Positions 29,359 through 39,543 of a stretch of DNA of 64,000 bases are shown here, one piece after another (positions within the stretch are counted from its first letter, which is position 1; the number at the start of each line of letters is the position of its first letter). The stretch lies in NCBI GenBank assembly GCA_965224245.1, contig OZ245046.1, positions 3,200,001 through 3,264,000 of the forward strand, in the 5' to 3' direction. Source of the stretch: Candidatus Eiseniibacteriota bacterium. Its GTDB lineage: Bacteria > Eisenbacteria > RBG-16-71-46 > CAZAMP01. The notes beneath the pieces were generated by a model that was given only the letters and a program-made list of their open reading frames with translations, was not told the DNA's origin and did no database searches. A program made the translations under genes and the position numbers.

Positions 29359-30114
29359 CTAGCGATCTCCGGTGTAGAGGGTGGCGATCCCGAGCGTCAG
29401 CCGCCGCTCGGCGACGTTTCGGAAGCCGACCCGGCCGAGGAGATCCAGGAAGTCCTCTCCCTCCGGGAACGCCATCACCGACTCCGGCAGATACCGGTAC
29501 GCGCCTCCCACGCCGGACACGATGCGCCCCACGCGCGGCAGGACGTGGCGGAAGTAGAGCCAGTACGCCTGGCGCACCACCGGGGCCCGTGGCCGGGAGA
29601 ACTCCAGCACCGCGACCCGGCCACCCGGCTCCAGCACGCGATGAAACTCGGCCAGCGTACCGGCCGCGTCCGACACGTTGCGAATGCCGAACGCCACCGT
29701 GACCGCTCCCACCGACGCGTCGCGAACGGACAGCCGCATGGCGTCGGCGACGCCGAACCGCACCGGCGGTCCGGCGCCCGTTCGGTCGTCCTCGGCCCGG
29801 GCCTTGCGGTCGCCGAGGCGCACCATCTCCTTCGCGAAGTCCAGTCCGACGATCCGGAGGTCGGGACGCTGGCGCCGGATCGTCAGCGCGACGTCTCCGG
29901 TTCCCGTACACACGTCGAGGACGGTCGTGCGCACGTTCGCCAGCGCCTCCACGAGCGCGCGGCGCCACCGCCGATCGATGCCGAGCGACAGCAGGTGATT
30001 CAGGAGGTCGTACCGGGGGGCGATCCGATCGAACATCGACGCGATCGCCCGCCCGTCCTTGCTCAGGGTGAGCGGTCCCGGATCTGTCGTGCGGAGCGGG
30101 GTCGAGTCGTCCAA
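29359..30114 (-). CDS. menG: Demethylmenaquinone methyltransferase (UbiE/MenG)
   Basis: MFDRIAPRYDLLNHLLSLGIDRRWRR, LDVCTGTGD, FGIRNV, AYRYLPESV; TTG 30114 with GGAGG RBS (alt ATG 30144). Confidence 0.93.
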   Translation of the reverse strand: MDDSTPLRTTDPGPLTLSKDGRAIASMFDRIAPRYDLLNHLLSLGIDRRWRRALVEALANVRTTVLDVCTGTGDVALTIRRQRPDLRIVGLDFAKEMVRLGDRKARAEDDRTGAGPPVRFGVADAMRLSVRDASVGAVTVAFGIRNVSDAAGTLAEFHRVLEPGGRVAVLEFSRPRAPVVRQAYWLYFRHVLPRVGRIVSGVGGAYRYLPESVMAFPEGEDFLDLLGRVGFRNVAERRLTLGIATLYTGDR

Positions 30115-30237
30115 GACACCTCCCTCGGCGTGGCGGCGGGTCATCTTATCGGAGTCGTCCCCGATGGGCCAGGACGGGGCTCCCCGGTCCGGGAGGCGCA
30201 CCGAGATCTGGACAATCCCCTCGGCGCCGGGACCGGC

Positions 30238-30267
30238 TTGCGCCTCGGTCGAGCGAGTCGATATAGT
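30238..30267 (+). promoter_or_regulatory. sigma70-type promoter for men operon
   Basis: TTGCGC-N18-TATAGT. Confidence 0.5.
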
Positions 30268-30388
30268 CCGGCGCTCGTCTGACGGATCTCGCATCATCCG
30301 CGAAGGCCGCCCCCCGGGGCCGGCCGGTCCGAGGGTCCTTTCTGGGGGACGACGCTTGCTCGACGTCTGCGACATCTCGTCGGCACGC

Positions 30389-31774
30389 ATGGAGGTCGAG
30401 ACCGACCCGACCGCGCTGCCGGTGACCGAGGCCTACGCACGTCTCGCGACCCGCGCGCACGCACTCCTCGAGCGCCGCTCGGCGTTCCCGTCGCCGACCA
30501 TCGTGCGGCTGGTCCACTCGGTTCGTCCGGTCGATCCGATCGGGCTGGTTCGCGCGTTGCCCGCCGATCGCGCCGCCCTCTGGCAGAGCCGGGGTGATCG
30601 CGACGCGGTCGCCGGAAGCGGCGTCGCGCTCGAGGTCAACGCCCGCTCGGCCGCTGCGCTGGCCGACGCCGCGAGGATCCTCCGCGGCTCCGGCGCACGC
30701 GCGCTCCTGACCGGCCGCTTCGACGGCACGACCGACCCCGACGCCGACTGGGCGCCGTTCGGAACGGTGCGCGCATGGCTCCCGCTCATCGAGGTCGTCC
30801 GATCGGGCGATCGCTTCTCGCTCGCCATCAACGTGCCCGTCGGTCCGGGAACGCCCTCGGGGCGCGTCGCGGCCGACGTTCCGAGGACGATCTCGCCCCG
30901 GACCGAACGCGCCGCGCTTCCCACGCTGGAGCCGGTCACGTCCGCGTCCCACCAGACCGATCGCTGGGGCGCGGCCATCGACGCGATCCTCGAGCGCGTG
31001 GCCGACCGGCGCCTCCGCAAGGCCGTCCTCGCCGACGTGCGGGACTTCGACGCGGCCGACGCGCTCGATCCGCTCGCGGTGACCGATCGGCTGCTCGCGA
31101 CGCACACCGGCACGTACCTCTTCTGCATCCGACACGATCGGACCCGGGCGTTCCTCGGGGCATCGCCCGAGGTGCTGTTCACGCGCGAGGGCCGCCTGCT
31201 CGAGAGCGAGGCACTGGCGGGGACGCGTCCGCGAGGCGAGACGCCCGGCGCCGACGAGGCGCTCGCCGACGAGCTCCGGGCCAGCGCCAAGGACCATCGC
31301 GAGCATCAGCACGTGCGGGACTACATCCGCGAGCGGCTGGCCGGCCTGTCGCGAACCGTCGAGTTCGACGCCGATCCGTACATCCGCGCGTTGCCCTACG
31401 TGCAGCATCTCCGGAGCGGCATCCGGGCCGAGCTGTCACCCGGCACCACCGACGCCGACCTCCTGGCGGCGCTCCATCCCACGCCCGCGGTGTGCGGACT
31501 TCCGGTCGCCGACGCACGCCGCCTCATCGCCCGGCTCGAGGGCTTCGACCGCGGTCTGTACGGCGGCGTCGTGGGCTGGTTCGGCGACGATCGGTCCGAG
31601 TGCGCGGTCGCGATCCGCTCGGGGCTGGTGACCGGCCGGCGCCTGCGCCTGTTCGCCGGCGCGGGCATCGTGGACGGCTCGACCGCGGCCGCCGAGTGGG
31701 ACGAGGTCGCCAACAAGCTGGACGTGTTCGCGTGCGTCTTCGGCGTGCCGGCACGCGCACTGGATCATGGCTGA
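30389..31774 (+). CDS. menF: Isochorismate synthase
   Basis: FLGASPEVL, EALAGT..RG, KDHREH, LHPTPAVCG, DRGLYGG, VAIRSG, FAGAGIV. Confidence 0.9.
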   Translation: MEVETDPTALPVTEAYARLATRAHALLERRSAFPSPTIVRLVHSVRPVDPIGLVRALPADRAALWQSRGDRDAVAGSGVALEVNARSAAALADAARILRGSGARALLTGRFDGTTDPDADWAPFGTVRAWLPLIEVVRSGDRFSLAINVPVGPGTPSGRVAADVPRTISPRTERAALPTLEPVTSASHQTDRWGAAIDAILERVADRRLRKAVLADVRDFDAADALDPLAVTDRLLATHTGTYLFCIRHDRTRAFLGASPEVLFTREGRLLESEALAGTRPRGETPGADEALADELRASAKDHREHQHVRDYIRERLAGLSRTVEFDADPYIRALPYVQHLRSGIRAELSPGTTDADLLAALHPTPAVCGLPVADARRLIARLEGFDRGLYGGVVGWFGDDRSECAVAIRSGLVTGRRLRLFAGAGIVDGSTAAAEWDEVANKLDVFACVFGVPARALDHG

Positions 31775-33572
31775 GCGACGGACGCCGCCCGAGGCTCCGA
31801 ACGTCAACGCGCTCTGGTCCCGCCTTCTCCTCGACGAGCTCCATCGCACCGGCGGACGCCACGTCGTCATCGCGCCCGGCTCGCGTTCGGCACCCCTCGT
31901 CGAGGCGGCGGTGACACACCCCGGGCTCGCGTGCCACCTGGCGACCGACGAGCGGGCCGGCGGCTTTCTCGCGCTCGGCATCGCACGGGGCTCTGGCGTA
32001 CCCGCCGCCGTCATCACGACGTCGGGGACCGCGGTGGCGAACCTCCTGCCCGCCGTCACCGAGGCCGACGCGGACGGCGTGCCGCTGGTGCTGCTGACCG
32101 CCGATCGCCCGCCCGAGTTCACCGCCACCGGCGCGAACCAGGCCATTCACCAGCCCGGCATCTTCGGATCCCGGACCCGGTGGGCGGCGGCTCTGCCCTG
32201 CCCGACCGACGCGATGCCGGCGCGCGTCGTGCTGACGACGCTGGACCAGGCGGTCTCCCGGGCCCGGGCGCCCCACGCGGGACCGGTTCACCTGAACTGC
32301 GCATTCCGCGAGCCCCTGGCGCCGATCCCGGCGGCCTGGGATCGCGCGTGTCTGGCGGGAACCGAGGCCTGGCAGGCGGGCGAACGCCCGTTCACGCGCA
32401 TCGTGACGCCCCGGCCCACACCCGACGCCCGGGAGGTCGACGAGATCGCCGGCGTCGTCGGCACCGCTCGTCGGGGCCTCGTGATCGCCGGAACCCTGGC
32501 CTCCGAGGAGGATCGCGATGCGGTGTGCGCGATCGCGTCGGCCCTCGGGTGGCCCCTCCTGACGGACGTCCGCTCGGGTCTCCGGCTCCGGCGAGAGGTG
32601 TCGGGCCGGCTCCTCTTCGGCGATCGACTGATCGGGCGCGCACCCGATCCGCATGGCGGACCGGACCGGTGGCGGCCGGACGTCGTGCTGCAGCTCGGCT
32701 CCCGCACGACGTCGCCCCGTCTCTCGCGGGCGCTCGCGGCCGCGCCGCCGGCGACTCACGTTCTGATCGCGCCGTCCGACGAACGACTGGACCCCGAGCA
32801 TCGGCTGACACACCGGGTCCGGGCGTCGACCCGCGCCGTCGGCCCCGCCCTCGCCGACAGGATCGCGCGATCCGGTCCGCCATCGCGGGAGGTCGCCTCC
32901 GCCACGGCCAAGCTCGTGGAGCTCGATCGACGTCTGGGGGCCGCGATGTCCACGGCGCTCTCGGAAGATCCGGATGCGCTCGAGGTCCGCGTCGCACATG
33001 CCCTCACCCGACACGCCGCGGGCGGCCGGGCCCTCGTCGTCTCCAACAGCCTGCCCGTGCGCGACGTGGATGCCTACGGCGCCACCGACGGCGATCACGC
33101 GCTCGTCGCCACCAGCCGCGGGGCCAGCGGCATCGACGGCATCCTGGCCACCGGGGTCGGCGTGGCGATCGGCGCGGATGCACCGGCGACCGTGCTCATC
33201 GGTGATCAGGCCATGCACCACGACCTCGGAAGCCTGACCCTCGCCGCCGCGTGCCCGGTCCCGATCACCGTCGTCGTCGTCAACAACGGGGGCGGCGCGA
33301 TCTTCCACGGACTCCCGATCGCCGCGCACCGGTCGATCTTCTCGCCGTGGTTCGACGCGGCGCACTCCAGGCGATTCGAGGGCGCCGCGCGCGACGTGGG
33401 CCTCGACTACGCGCGCGTGACGGACACCGACGCCTTCGCGGACGCCTACGGCCGTGCGTGCGCCTCGGGTCGATCGACGATGATCGAGGTCGTCGCCGAC
33501 GGCGCGGCGGGTGTCGGTGCGCGCGAGCGACTGGAGAGCGCGCTCGCGCGAGCCCGGGACTCGCGGGCGTGA
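31767..33572 (+). CDS. menD: SEPHCHC synthase
   Basis: [67 protein letters not shown]. Confidence 0.95.
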   Translation: MAERRTPPEAPNVNALWSRLLLDELHRTGGRHVVIAPGSRSAPLVEAAVTHPGLACHLATDERAGGFLALGIARGSGVPAAVITTSGTAVANLLPAVTEADADGVPLVLLTADRPPEFTATGANQAIHQPGIFGSRTRWAAALPCPTDAMPARVVLTTLDQAVSRARAPHAGPVHLNCAFREPLAPIPAAWDRACLAGTEAWQAGERPFTRIVTPRPTPDAREVDEIAGVVGTARRGLVIAGTLASEEDRDAVCAIASALGWPLLTDVRSGLRLRREVSGRLLFGDRLIGRAPDPHGGPDRWRPDVVLQLGSRTTSPRLSRALAAAPPATHVLIAPSDERLDPEHRLTHRVRASTRAVGPALADRIARSGPPSREVASATAKLVELDRRLGAAMSTALSEDPDALEVRVAHALTRHAAGGRALVVSNSLPVRDVDAYGATDGDHALVATSRGASGIDGILATGVGVAIGADAPATVLIGDQAMHHDLGSLTLAAACPVPITVVVVNNGGGAIFHGLPIAAHRSIFSPWFDAAHSRRFEGAARDVGLDYARVTDTDAFADAYGRACASGRSTMIEVVADGAAGVGARERLESALARARDSRA

Positions 33573-34444
33573 TCTGGTCGCGGGATGCGACGCTGTCCCG
33601 AGTGCCCGATCCGTCGATGCGCGCGCCCGGACCCGCGGTCGTCTACCTCCACGGCTTTCTGGGGTCGGCCGAGGACTTCCGCGAGGACGTCGAGCGCCTC
33701 GGCGCGCGGCGTCCGGCTCACGCCCTGACGCTCCCCGGACACGGTCCCGGGGCCGCCCCGATCGGGTTCGAGGGCGGCGCGACTCCCGGCCCCCGCATCG
33801 ACATCGCGTTCGACGACGTCGTGGATGCCCTCGCCGGCGAGCTGGCCCGGCTCTCGGAGGCGCCGCCATGCGTGATCGGCTACTCGATGGGGGGTCGCCT
33901 CGCGCTGGCGCTGGCGGCGCGGCATCCCGCGAGCGTGGATCGGGTCGTCGCGATCTCGGCGTCGGCCGGCATCCCCGACGCCGAGGCGCGCGCCCGGCGG
34001 GCCGGCCGGGACCGGCGCCTGGCCGACCGGCTCCGTGCGTGGGACTTTCCGGCCTTCGTCGCGGCCTGGTACGCTCTGCCGCTGTTCTCCGGCATTCGAG
34101 ACGATGCGGGCTTCGACGCGCTGGTCCGCCGGCGGCTGTCGGGCTCGCCGGGGCGCCTGGCCGACGCGCTCGACGTGCTGACGCCCGGGCGCCAGCCGTA
34201 CGTCGCGCCGCTTCTGGCCCGGCGGGACGTCCCGGTGCTCCTCGTCGCCGGAGATCGCGATCGACACTACGTGGCGCTGCACCGCGAGATCGCGGCGGGG
34301 CGCCCGGGGATCACCGCGCGCGTCGTCGCCGGCGCGCACCACGCGGTACACGTGGCGAACCCGCGCGCGACGCGCGCCCACATCGACGAGTTCCTGACCA
34401 CTCCAACCGCGCCGCCCCGATCACGGGCGCTGGAGGACACATGA
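33569..34444 (+). CDS. menH: SHCHC synthase (alpha/beta hydrolase)
   Basis: [21 protein letters not shown]; between menD and menB with 4-nt overlaps. Confidence 0.88.
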   Translation: MIWSRDATLSRVPDPSMRAPGPAVVYLHGFLGSAEDFREDVERLGARRPAHALTLPGHGPGAAPIGFEGGATPGPRIDIAFDDVVDALAGELARLSEAPPCVIGYSMGGRLALALAARHPASVDRVVAISASAGIPDAEARARRAGRDRRLADRLRAWDFPAFVAAWYALPLFSGIRDDAGFDALVRRRLSGSPGRLADALDVLTPGRQPYVAPLLARRDVPVLLVAGDRDRHYVALHREIAAGRPGITARVVAGAHHAVHVANPRATRAHIDEFLTTPTAPPRSRALEDT

Positions 34445-35274
34445 CCACGACCGGCCATGACCTCACGTGGACGCCGGCGGCCTCGTACGCCGACATCCGA
34501 TACGAGAAGGCCGACGGCATCGCGAAGATCACGATCAACCGACCCGAGGTCCGCAACGCGTTCCGTCCGCAGACGGTCACCGAGATGCGGCACGCGCTGA
34601 ACGACGCGCGCGACGACGCGACCATCGGTGTGGTGATCCTCACCGGCGAAGGCGAGAAGGCCTTCTGCTCGGGCGGCGACCAGCGCGTCCGGGGCGAGGC
34701 CGGCTACACCGACGCCGACGGCACGCATCGACTGAACGTGCTCGACTTCCAGCGCGACATTCGCGTGTGCCCCAAGCCCGTGATCGCGATGGTGGCCGGG
34801 TACGCAATCGGGGGCGGGCACGTGCTCCATCTGGTCTGTGATCTGACGATTGCGGCCGACAACGCGGTGTTCGGCCAGACGGGACCGAAGGTGGGCTCGT
34901 TCGACGGCGGCTACGGCGCGAGCTACATGGCGCGCATCGTCGGTCAGAAGAAGGCGCGCGAGATCTGGTACCTGTGCCGCCAGTACTCGGCCGCGCAGGC
35001 GCTGGAGATGGGGCTCGTGAACGCGGTCGTCCCGCTGGCCGATCTCGAGGCGGAGACGATCCGATGGTGTCGCGAGATCCTGGCGAACTCGCCCCTGGCC
35101 ATCCGCTGTCTGAAGGCGGCGTTCAACGCGGACTGCGACGGACAGGCCGGTCTGGTGGAGCTGGCCGGCAACGCGACGATGCTCTATTACATGAGCGAGG
35201 AAGGCCAGGAGGGACGCAACGCGTTCCTCGAGAAGCGGCGTCCCCGGTTCGACACGTTCCCGCGGCGGCCCTAG
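34441..35274 (+). CDS. menB: 1,4-dihydroxy-2-naphthoyl-CoA synthase
   Basis: [49 protein letters not shown]. Confidence 0.97.
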   Translation: MTTTGHDLTWTPAASYADIRYEKADGIAKITINRPEVRNAFRPQTVTEMRHALNDARDDATIGVVILTGEGEKAFCSGGDQRVRGEAGYTDADGTHRLNVLDFQRDIRVCPKPVIAMVAGYAIGGGHVLHLVCDLTIAADNAVFGQTGPKVGSFDGGYGASYMARIVGQKKAREIWYLCRQYSAAQALEMGLVNAVVPLADLEAETIRWCREILANSPLAIRCLKAAFNADCDGQAGLVELAGNATMLYYMSEEGQEGRNAFLEKRRPRFDTFPRRP

Positions 35275-35276
35275 CC

Positions 35277-36224
35277 GTGGCCGAGCCCGCCGCCTCGCCG
35301 TCGAAGCCGGCATCGCCGGCGGAGAGCTCCCGGGCGCCGGCGACGCCGTCGGGGGCCCGCGTGTGGATCGCGGCGACGCGACCCCGCACGCTGCCCGCAG
35401 CGGCCGCTCCGGTTCTCATGGGCACGGCGATCGCGATGCGGGACGGTGCCCTCCACGTGCCATCGGCGCTCGCCGCGTTCACGGCGGCCATCTTCATCCA
35501 GATCGGGACGAACTTCGCGAACGACTATTTCGACTACGTCAACGGCGCCGACACCGAGGCCCGGCTCGGCCCCACGCGCGCGACCCAGGCCGGCCTGGTC
35601 TCGCCGGCCGCCATGCGACGCGCCTTCGTCGGCGCGTTCGCGATCGCGTTCGCGATCGGCGTGGCGCTCATCGTCCGGGGCGGCTGGCCCATCGCGCTGA
35701 TCGGGCTCTCGGCCATCGCCGCGGGCATCCTCTACACCGGCGGACCGAGGCCACTGGGCTATCTCGGGCTCGGCGACGCTCTGGTGCTCGCGTTCTTCGG
35801 CCCGATCGCGGTGGCCGCGACGTACGGCGTGCAGGCTCAGTCGCTGAGCACGGTGGCCATCGTCGCCGGTCTGGGACCCGGATGCCTGTCCACGGCCCTG
35901 CTCGCGGTGAACAACCTGCGCGACGTGGACACCGATCGGGCCGCCGGCAAGGGCACGCTCGCGGTGAGGCTCGGGCCGCGGTTCGCGAAGACCGAGATCC
36001 TGGCCATGATCGCGATCGCCGCGGCCGTCCCGATCGTGCTCGCGGCGTCCGGCGCCGCTCCGCCCGCGGCGGCGCTGACCGCGGGGACGATGATCGGGGC
36101 GGTCCCGATCGTCGGGAGGGTCGTACGCGCCCGGCCGGGAGATCGACTCCTCGACACGCTCGCGGCCACCGGGCGACTCCTCGTGCTCTACTCGGTGGCG
36201 TTCGCGGTCACCTGGATCGCATGA
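35277..36224 (+). CDS. menA: DHNA polyprenyltransferase
   Basis: RPRTLPA, QIGTNFANDYFD, YTGGP.PLGY.GLGD, NNLRDVDTDRAAGK.TLAVRLG. Confidence 0.93.
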   Translation: MAEPAASPSKPASPAESSRAPATPSGARVWIAATRPRTLPAAAAPVLMGTAIAMRDGALHVPSALAAFTAAIFIQIGTNFANDYFDYVNGADTEARLGPTRATQAGLVSPAAMRRAFVGAFAIAFAIGVALIVRGGWPIALIGLSAIAAGILYTGGPRPLGYLGLGDALVLAFFGPIAVAATYGVQAQSLSTVAIVAGLGPGCLSTALLAVNNLRDVDTDRAAGKGTLAVRLGPRFAKTEILAMIAIAAAVPIVLAASGAAPPAAALTAGTMIGAVPIVGRVVRARPGDRLLDTLAATGRLLVLYSVAFAVTWIA

Positions 36225-37654
36225 CCACCCGGCCCGCGCTCGGTGTCGACACCCGACTCGCCTATCCGAGGATCCTGACGCCCGAGGGCGTGATCGAGCC
36301 GACCGACGTCGCCGCGCGCGTGCGAGACGCGGTGCGGTCCCCATCGCGTGATGCCGCGCGCGTCAGCGGCCCCGGGGCGATCCTCGCGTTCGACGCGACG
36401 GCCGACGCCGACACGATCGTCACGCTTCTGGCAACCTGGGAGCGTGGCGCGATCGCGTGGCCGCTCGACCCGCGCCTGCCCGACGCCGCCCGCAAGGGAC
36501 TCCTGGCCGGCGTGCCGGGAGTCACCGTCCTTGGCGACGGCGCCGTCATCGGGGCATCGGACGCGAGTGCCGACACCCGCGGCTCGCCGGCGATGCCGGC
36601 GGGCGCGGCGACCGTCATCGCGACGTCGGGATCGGCCGGCGCTCCCACGCGCGTCGTCCACACCGTCGACAACCACGTCACGAGCGCCGACGGGGTTCTC
36701 GCGTACGCCCCGATGTCGGCCGAGGATCGGTGGCTTCTGTCGCTTCCGCTCCATCACGTCAGCGGTCTGGCGATCCTGATCCGGGTGATGCGCGCCGGCG
36801 TCACGCTTGCGCTGCCGCGAGCCGGCGCGTCGCTCTCGAGCGCGCTCGCCCACAGCGGGGCCACGCACGCCTCGGTGGTGGCGACCCAGCTGAAGCGCCT
36901 CCTCCGCGAGCCGTCGTCGGGGGCACGCCCGCGCCACGTGCTGGTCGGCGGTGGCCCCTGTCCGCCCAGGCTGGTCGGCGACGCCGCGCGAGCCGGGCTG
37001 CCGGTCTCGGTGACCTACGGCCTGACCGAGATGGCGTCGACGGTGACGGCCGCCCGGGTGGACGCCGACGCGACCGCGTCCCCCGACGCGCCGCGCCACT
37101 CGGGCCGGGCGCTCGGCGGCCGGCGGGTCGCGATCTCGCCCGACGGCTCGATCGTCGTGGGAGGGGCCATGCTGAGCCCGGGTGCGCTCTCGACGTCGGG
37201 CTTCGTGGCGCACACCGGCGACGATCTCGTGACGGACGACCTGGGGTCGCTCTCGCCCGATGGGCTCCTGACGGTGCTCGGCCGGCGCGACGAGATGTTC
37301 GTCTCCGGTGGCGAGAACGTTCACCCCGAGGAGATCGAGATGGCCCTGCTGGCCTCGAGCCGCGTGGAGCGCGCGACGGTCATCGGTCGACCCGACCCCG
37401 AGTTCGGCCGGCGCCCGGTGGCGTTCGTCACGCTCTCGGCTCCGGCGCCCTCGACATCCGCCATCCCCCCGATCGAGGTTCGGCCGGGCGAGCCCCTCCC
37501 CCCTTCGGCCGCGTCCGAGCTCCGCGCGGAGCTCGCCGGGGTGCTCCCGGCGTTCAAGCTGCCGGTCGCGTTCCTCGCGCACCCGGAGGCACGGGGCCTG
37601 AAGCCCGGCCGACGGGCGCTCGAGCGCTGGCTGGAGCGCCACGACCGGGGTTGA
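36221..37654 (+). CDS. menE: o-succinylbenzoate-CoA ligase
   Basis: TSGSAG, WLLSLPLHHVSG, TYGLTE, GRRDEMFVSGGENVHPEEIE. Confidence 0.9.
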   Translation: MTTRPALGVDTRLAYPRILTPEGVIEPTDVAARVRDAVRSPSRDAARVSGPGAILAFDATADADTIVTLLATWERGAIAWPLDPRLPDAARKGLLAGVPGVTVLGDGAVIGASDASADTRGSPAMPAGAATVIATSGSAGAPTRVVHTVDNHVTSADGVLAYAPMSAEDRWLLSLPLHHVSGLAILIRVMRAGVTLALPRAGASLSSALAHSGATHASVVATQLKRLLREPSSGARPRHVLVGGGPCPPRLVGDAARAGLPVSVTYGLTEMASTVTAARVDADATASPDAPRHSGRALGGRRVAISPDGSIVVGGAMLSPGALSTSGFVAHTGDDLVTDDLGSLSPDGLLTVLGRRDEMFVSGGENVHPEEIEMALLASSRVERATVIGRPDPEFGRRPVAFVTLSAPAPSTSAIPPIEVRPGEPLPPSAASELRAELAGVLPAFKLPVAFLAHPEARGLKPGRRALERWLERHDRG

Positions 37655-37680
37655 CGCCCGCGGCTTCTCTTCCTGCCCCC

Positions 37681-37731
37681 TCGACACCGCCGATCCGATG
37701 CGCTATCATGTCTAGAAATTAATCAAGACAT
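37681..37731 (+). promoter_or_regulatory. Promoter with overlapping inverted-repeat operator upstream of CarH-like gene
   Basis: TCGACA-N17-TATCAT followed by ATGTCT-N12(AT-rich)-AGACAT. Confidence 0.6.
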
Positions 37732-37753
37732 TCACGCTACCAAGGAGACCGCC

Positions 37754-38692
37754 ATGCCACGGAAATCGAAGCGCCAGCGGTACAAGGAGCTCCTCGCCAA
37801 CCAGCGGGAGTACTACAGCATCGGTCACGCGGCCGAGCTGTCGGGGATCTCGTCGGATACGATTCGCATCTGGGAGCGACGGTACGGACGCCCGGTGCCC
37901 GTCCGTCTGGACTCGGGCCACCGGCGATACACGGTCGACCAGATTCGCTGGCTCCGGCAGGTCGCCGAGGCGTTGTCGCGGGGCTATCGCCCGTCCAAGG
38001 TCGTGCACCTCTCCCCGTCGGAGATGATGCGCCTCCTGGAGGACACGTCGACCCTGTCCACACCCGACGCCAACGTGGAGCGCGTCATCGAGCTGGCGCT
38101 GGAGCAGGACTCGGTCAAGCTCCGGGGGTTCCTGAGCTCGGCCCAGGTCGAGCTGGGGGCGAGGCGCTTCCTGATGGAGCTCCTCGGCCCCACGCTCGAG
38201 CGCATCGGACGCGCCTGGGCGGATGGCGAGATCCACATCCGGCACGAGCACTTCGTCTCGGAGATCATCGACGACGAGCTCCGCCGCCTGCGCACGTCGC
38301 TGTCACCCAACACCGAGGGGCCGGCGATCTGCTTCGCCTCGCTGAGCGGCGAGCTGCACGGCCTCGGCATCCAGATCGCCGCCCTGTGCGCGGTGATGTC
38401 CGGAGCCCGCGCGCACGTCCTCGGAATCGACGTGCCCATCTACGAGGTCGACGCGGCCGCCCGGGACGTCGGCGCGACCGCGGTGGGCATCAGCGTGTCG
38501 CTGGCCACCGGCGGCGTGGAGACCGACCGTCACATCGCCGAGCTGCGCACGCGGCTCCCCGATTCGGTTCGCGTGATCGTCGGCGGACACGGCGCGCGCG
38601 GCGTGCGCCGCGGTCCGCGGGACGTGGAGTACGTCGAGTCCCTGGAGGCGTTCGAGGAGGTCGTCCGGGCGATGGTGCGGAAGACGGCCTGA
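37754..38692 (+). CDS. MerR-family regulator with cobalamin-binding domain (CarH/LitR-like)
   Basis: MerR HTH (YSIG..AELSGIS.DTIRIWERRYG..GHRRY); W-x9-EH (WADGEIHIRHEH); ExHxxG (ELHGLG); ISVS; VGG. Confidence 0.9.
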   Translation: MPRKSKRQRYKELLANQREYYSIGHAAELSGISSDTIRIWERRYGRPVPVRLDSGHRRYTVDQIRWLRQVAEALSRGYRPSKVVHLSPSEMMRLLEDTSTLSTPDANVERVIELALEQDSVKLRGFLSSAQVELGARRFLMELLGPTLERIGRAWADGEIHIRHEHFVSEIIDDELRRLRTSLSPNTEGPAICFASLSGELHGLGIQIAALCAVMSGARAHVLGIDVPIYEVDAAARDVGATAVGISVSLATGGVETDRHIAELRTRLPDSVRVIVGGHGARGVRRGPRDVEYVESLEAFEEVVRAMVRKTA

Positions 38693-38713
38693 GCCGGCCG
38701 GCGCGCGGTGCGC

Positions 38714-39139
38714 TCAGTCCCCGTCGCGAGCGCCGCCCGCGTCACGGGCGCGCACGAGGATCGCCCGCCACTCGTCGGGGATCGGGACCCCGCGACCCGT
38801 GACCGGCTGCATTGAGGCGTGCACGATCCGGACCTCGGCCGCCGGGCGTCCATCGGCCTGCGTCATGTCGTAACGCATCGTGTAGCTCTTCTCCCCCACC
38901 GCCTCGACCGCGACGTCGATCGTGACGCGGTCTCCCAGACGCAGCGGCGCGCGGAAGTCCGCCTCGGCGTGAACGACGGGCGTCATGACGTCGACGCGAG
39001 AGAGGTCCGGGGACAGAGACATGCCCACCGCGTCCAGCCACTCCTCGTACACGTCGTGGGCCAGCTCGAAGAACCGCTCGAAGAAGACGACGCCGGCGGC
39101 GTCGGTGTGATGGAGTCGGATGGTCCGGGTCACCGTCAT
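38714..39139 (-). CDS. Hot-dog thioesterase, probable DHNA-CoA hydrolase (MenI function)
   Basis: RTIRLHHTDAAGVVFF..AHDVYEEWL, PVVHAEADFRAPL; next to men cluster. Confidence 0.75.
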   Translation of the reverse strand: MTVTRTIRLHHTDAAGVVFFERFFELAHDVYEEWLDAVGMSLSPDLSRVDVMTPVVHAEADFRAPLRLGDRVTIDVAVEAVGEKSYTMRYDMTQADGRPAAEVRIVHASMQPVTGRGVPIPDEWRAILVRARDAGGARDGD

Positions 39140-39141
39140 CG

Positions 39142-39471
39142 TCAGCTCACCACGCGGTAGATGGCCCGGTGCGCGACGAAGCGCCCCTGGAAGCGCTCGA
39201 TGCCCTCGGCGCGCATCCGGGCGGCGTGCTCGTCGAAGTACGTCTGGAGGGCGGCGCGATCGCGCACGCGGTACTGAACCGTCCACGACACGTGGTCGCT
39301 CTCGCCGGGGTCGGCGTCCGGCTCGCGTTCGAGCCACTCGGCCCCGAGGAACCCGTCGATCTCCAGCATCTCGGCCACGTGGCCCCGGAGCCACGTGCGG
39401 TAGTCGGCCGCGATGGCGGCGTCAACCTCGAGTGTCACCTGGTAGACGATGCGCGAGTCGTGATCGGTCAT
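39142..39471 (-). CDS. DUF4286-like protein
   Basis: IVYQVT..V...I...Y..WL..HV.EML...GF, TVQYRV..LQTYF.EHA.RMR.EG..RF. Confidence 0.75.
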   Translation of the reverse strand: MTDHDSRIVYQVTLEVDAAIAADYRTWLRGHVAEMLEIDGFLGAEWLEREPDADPGESDHVSWTVQYRVRDRAALQTYFDEHAARMRAEGIERFQGRFVAHRAIYRVVS

Positions 39472-39543
39472 GCTCGGCTCCTTCCCGGTGGTGCGTCCGT
39501 CGTCACGTCCGTTCCCTCGTGAGCGCCCGGCGCGAGCGCGCGG

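Noticed and set aside
37655..37753. Cobalamin riboswitch upstream of the B12-binding regulator
   Set aside because: Region too short, no B12-box; explained by promoter plus operator
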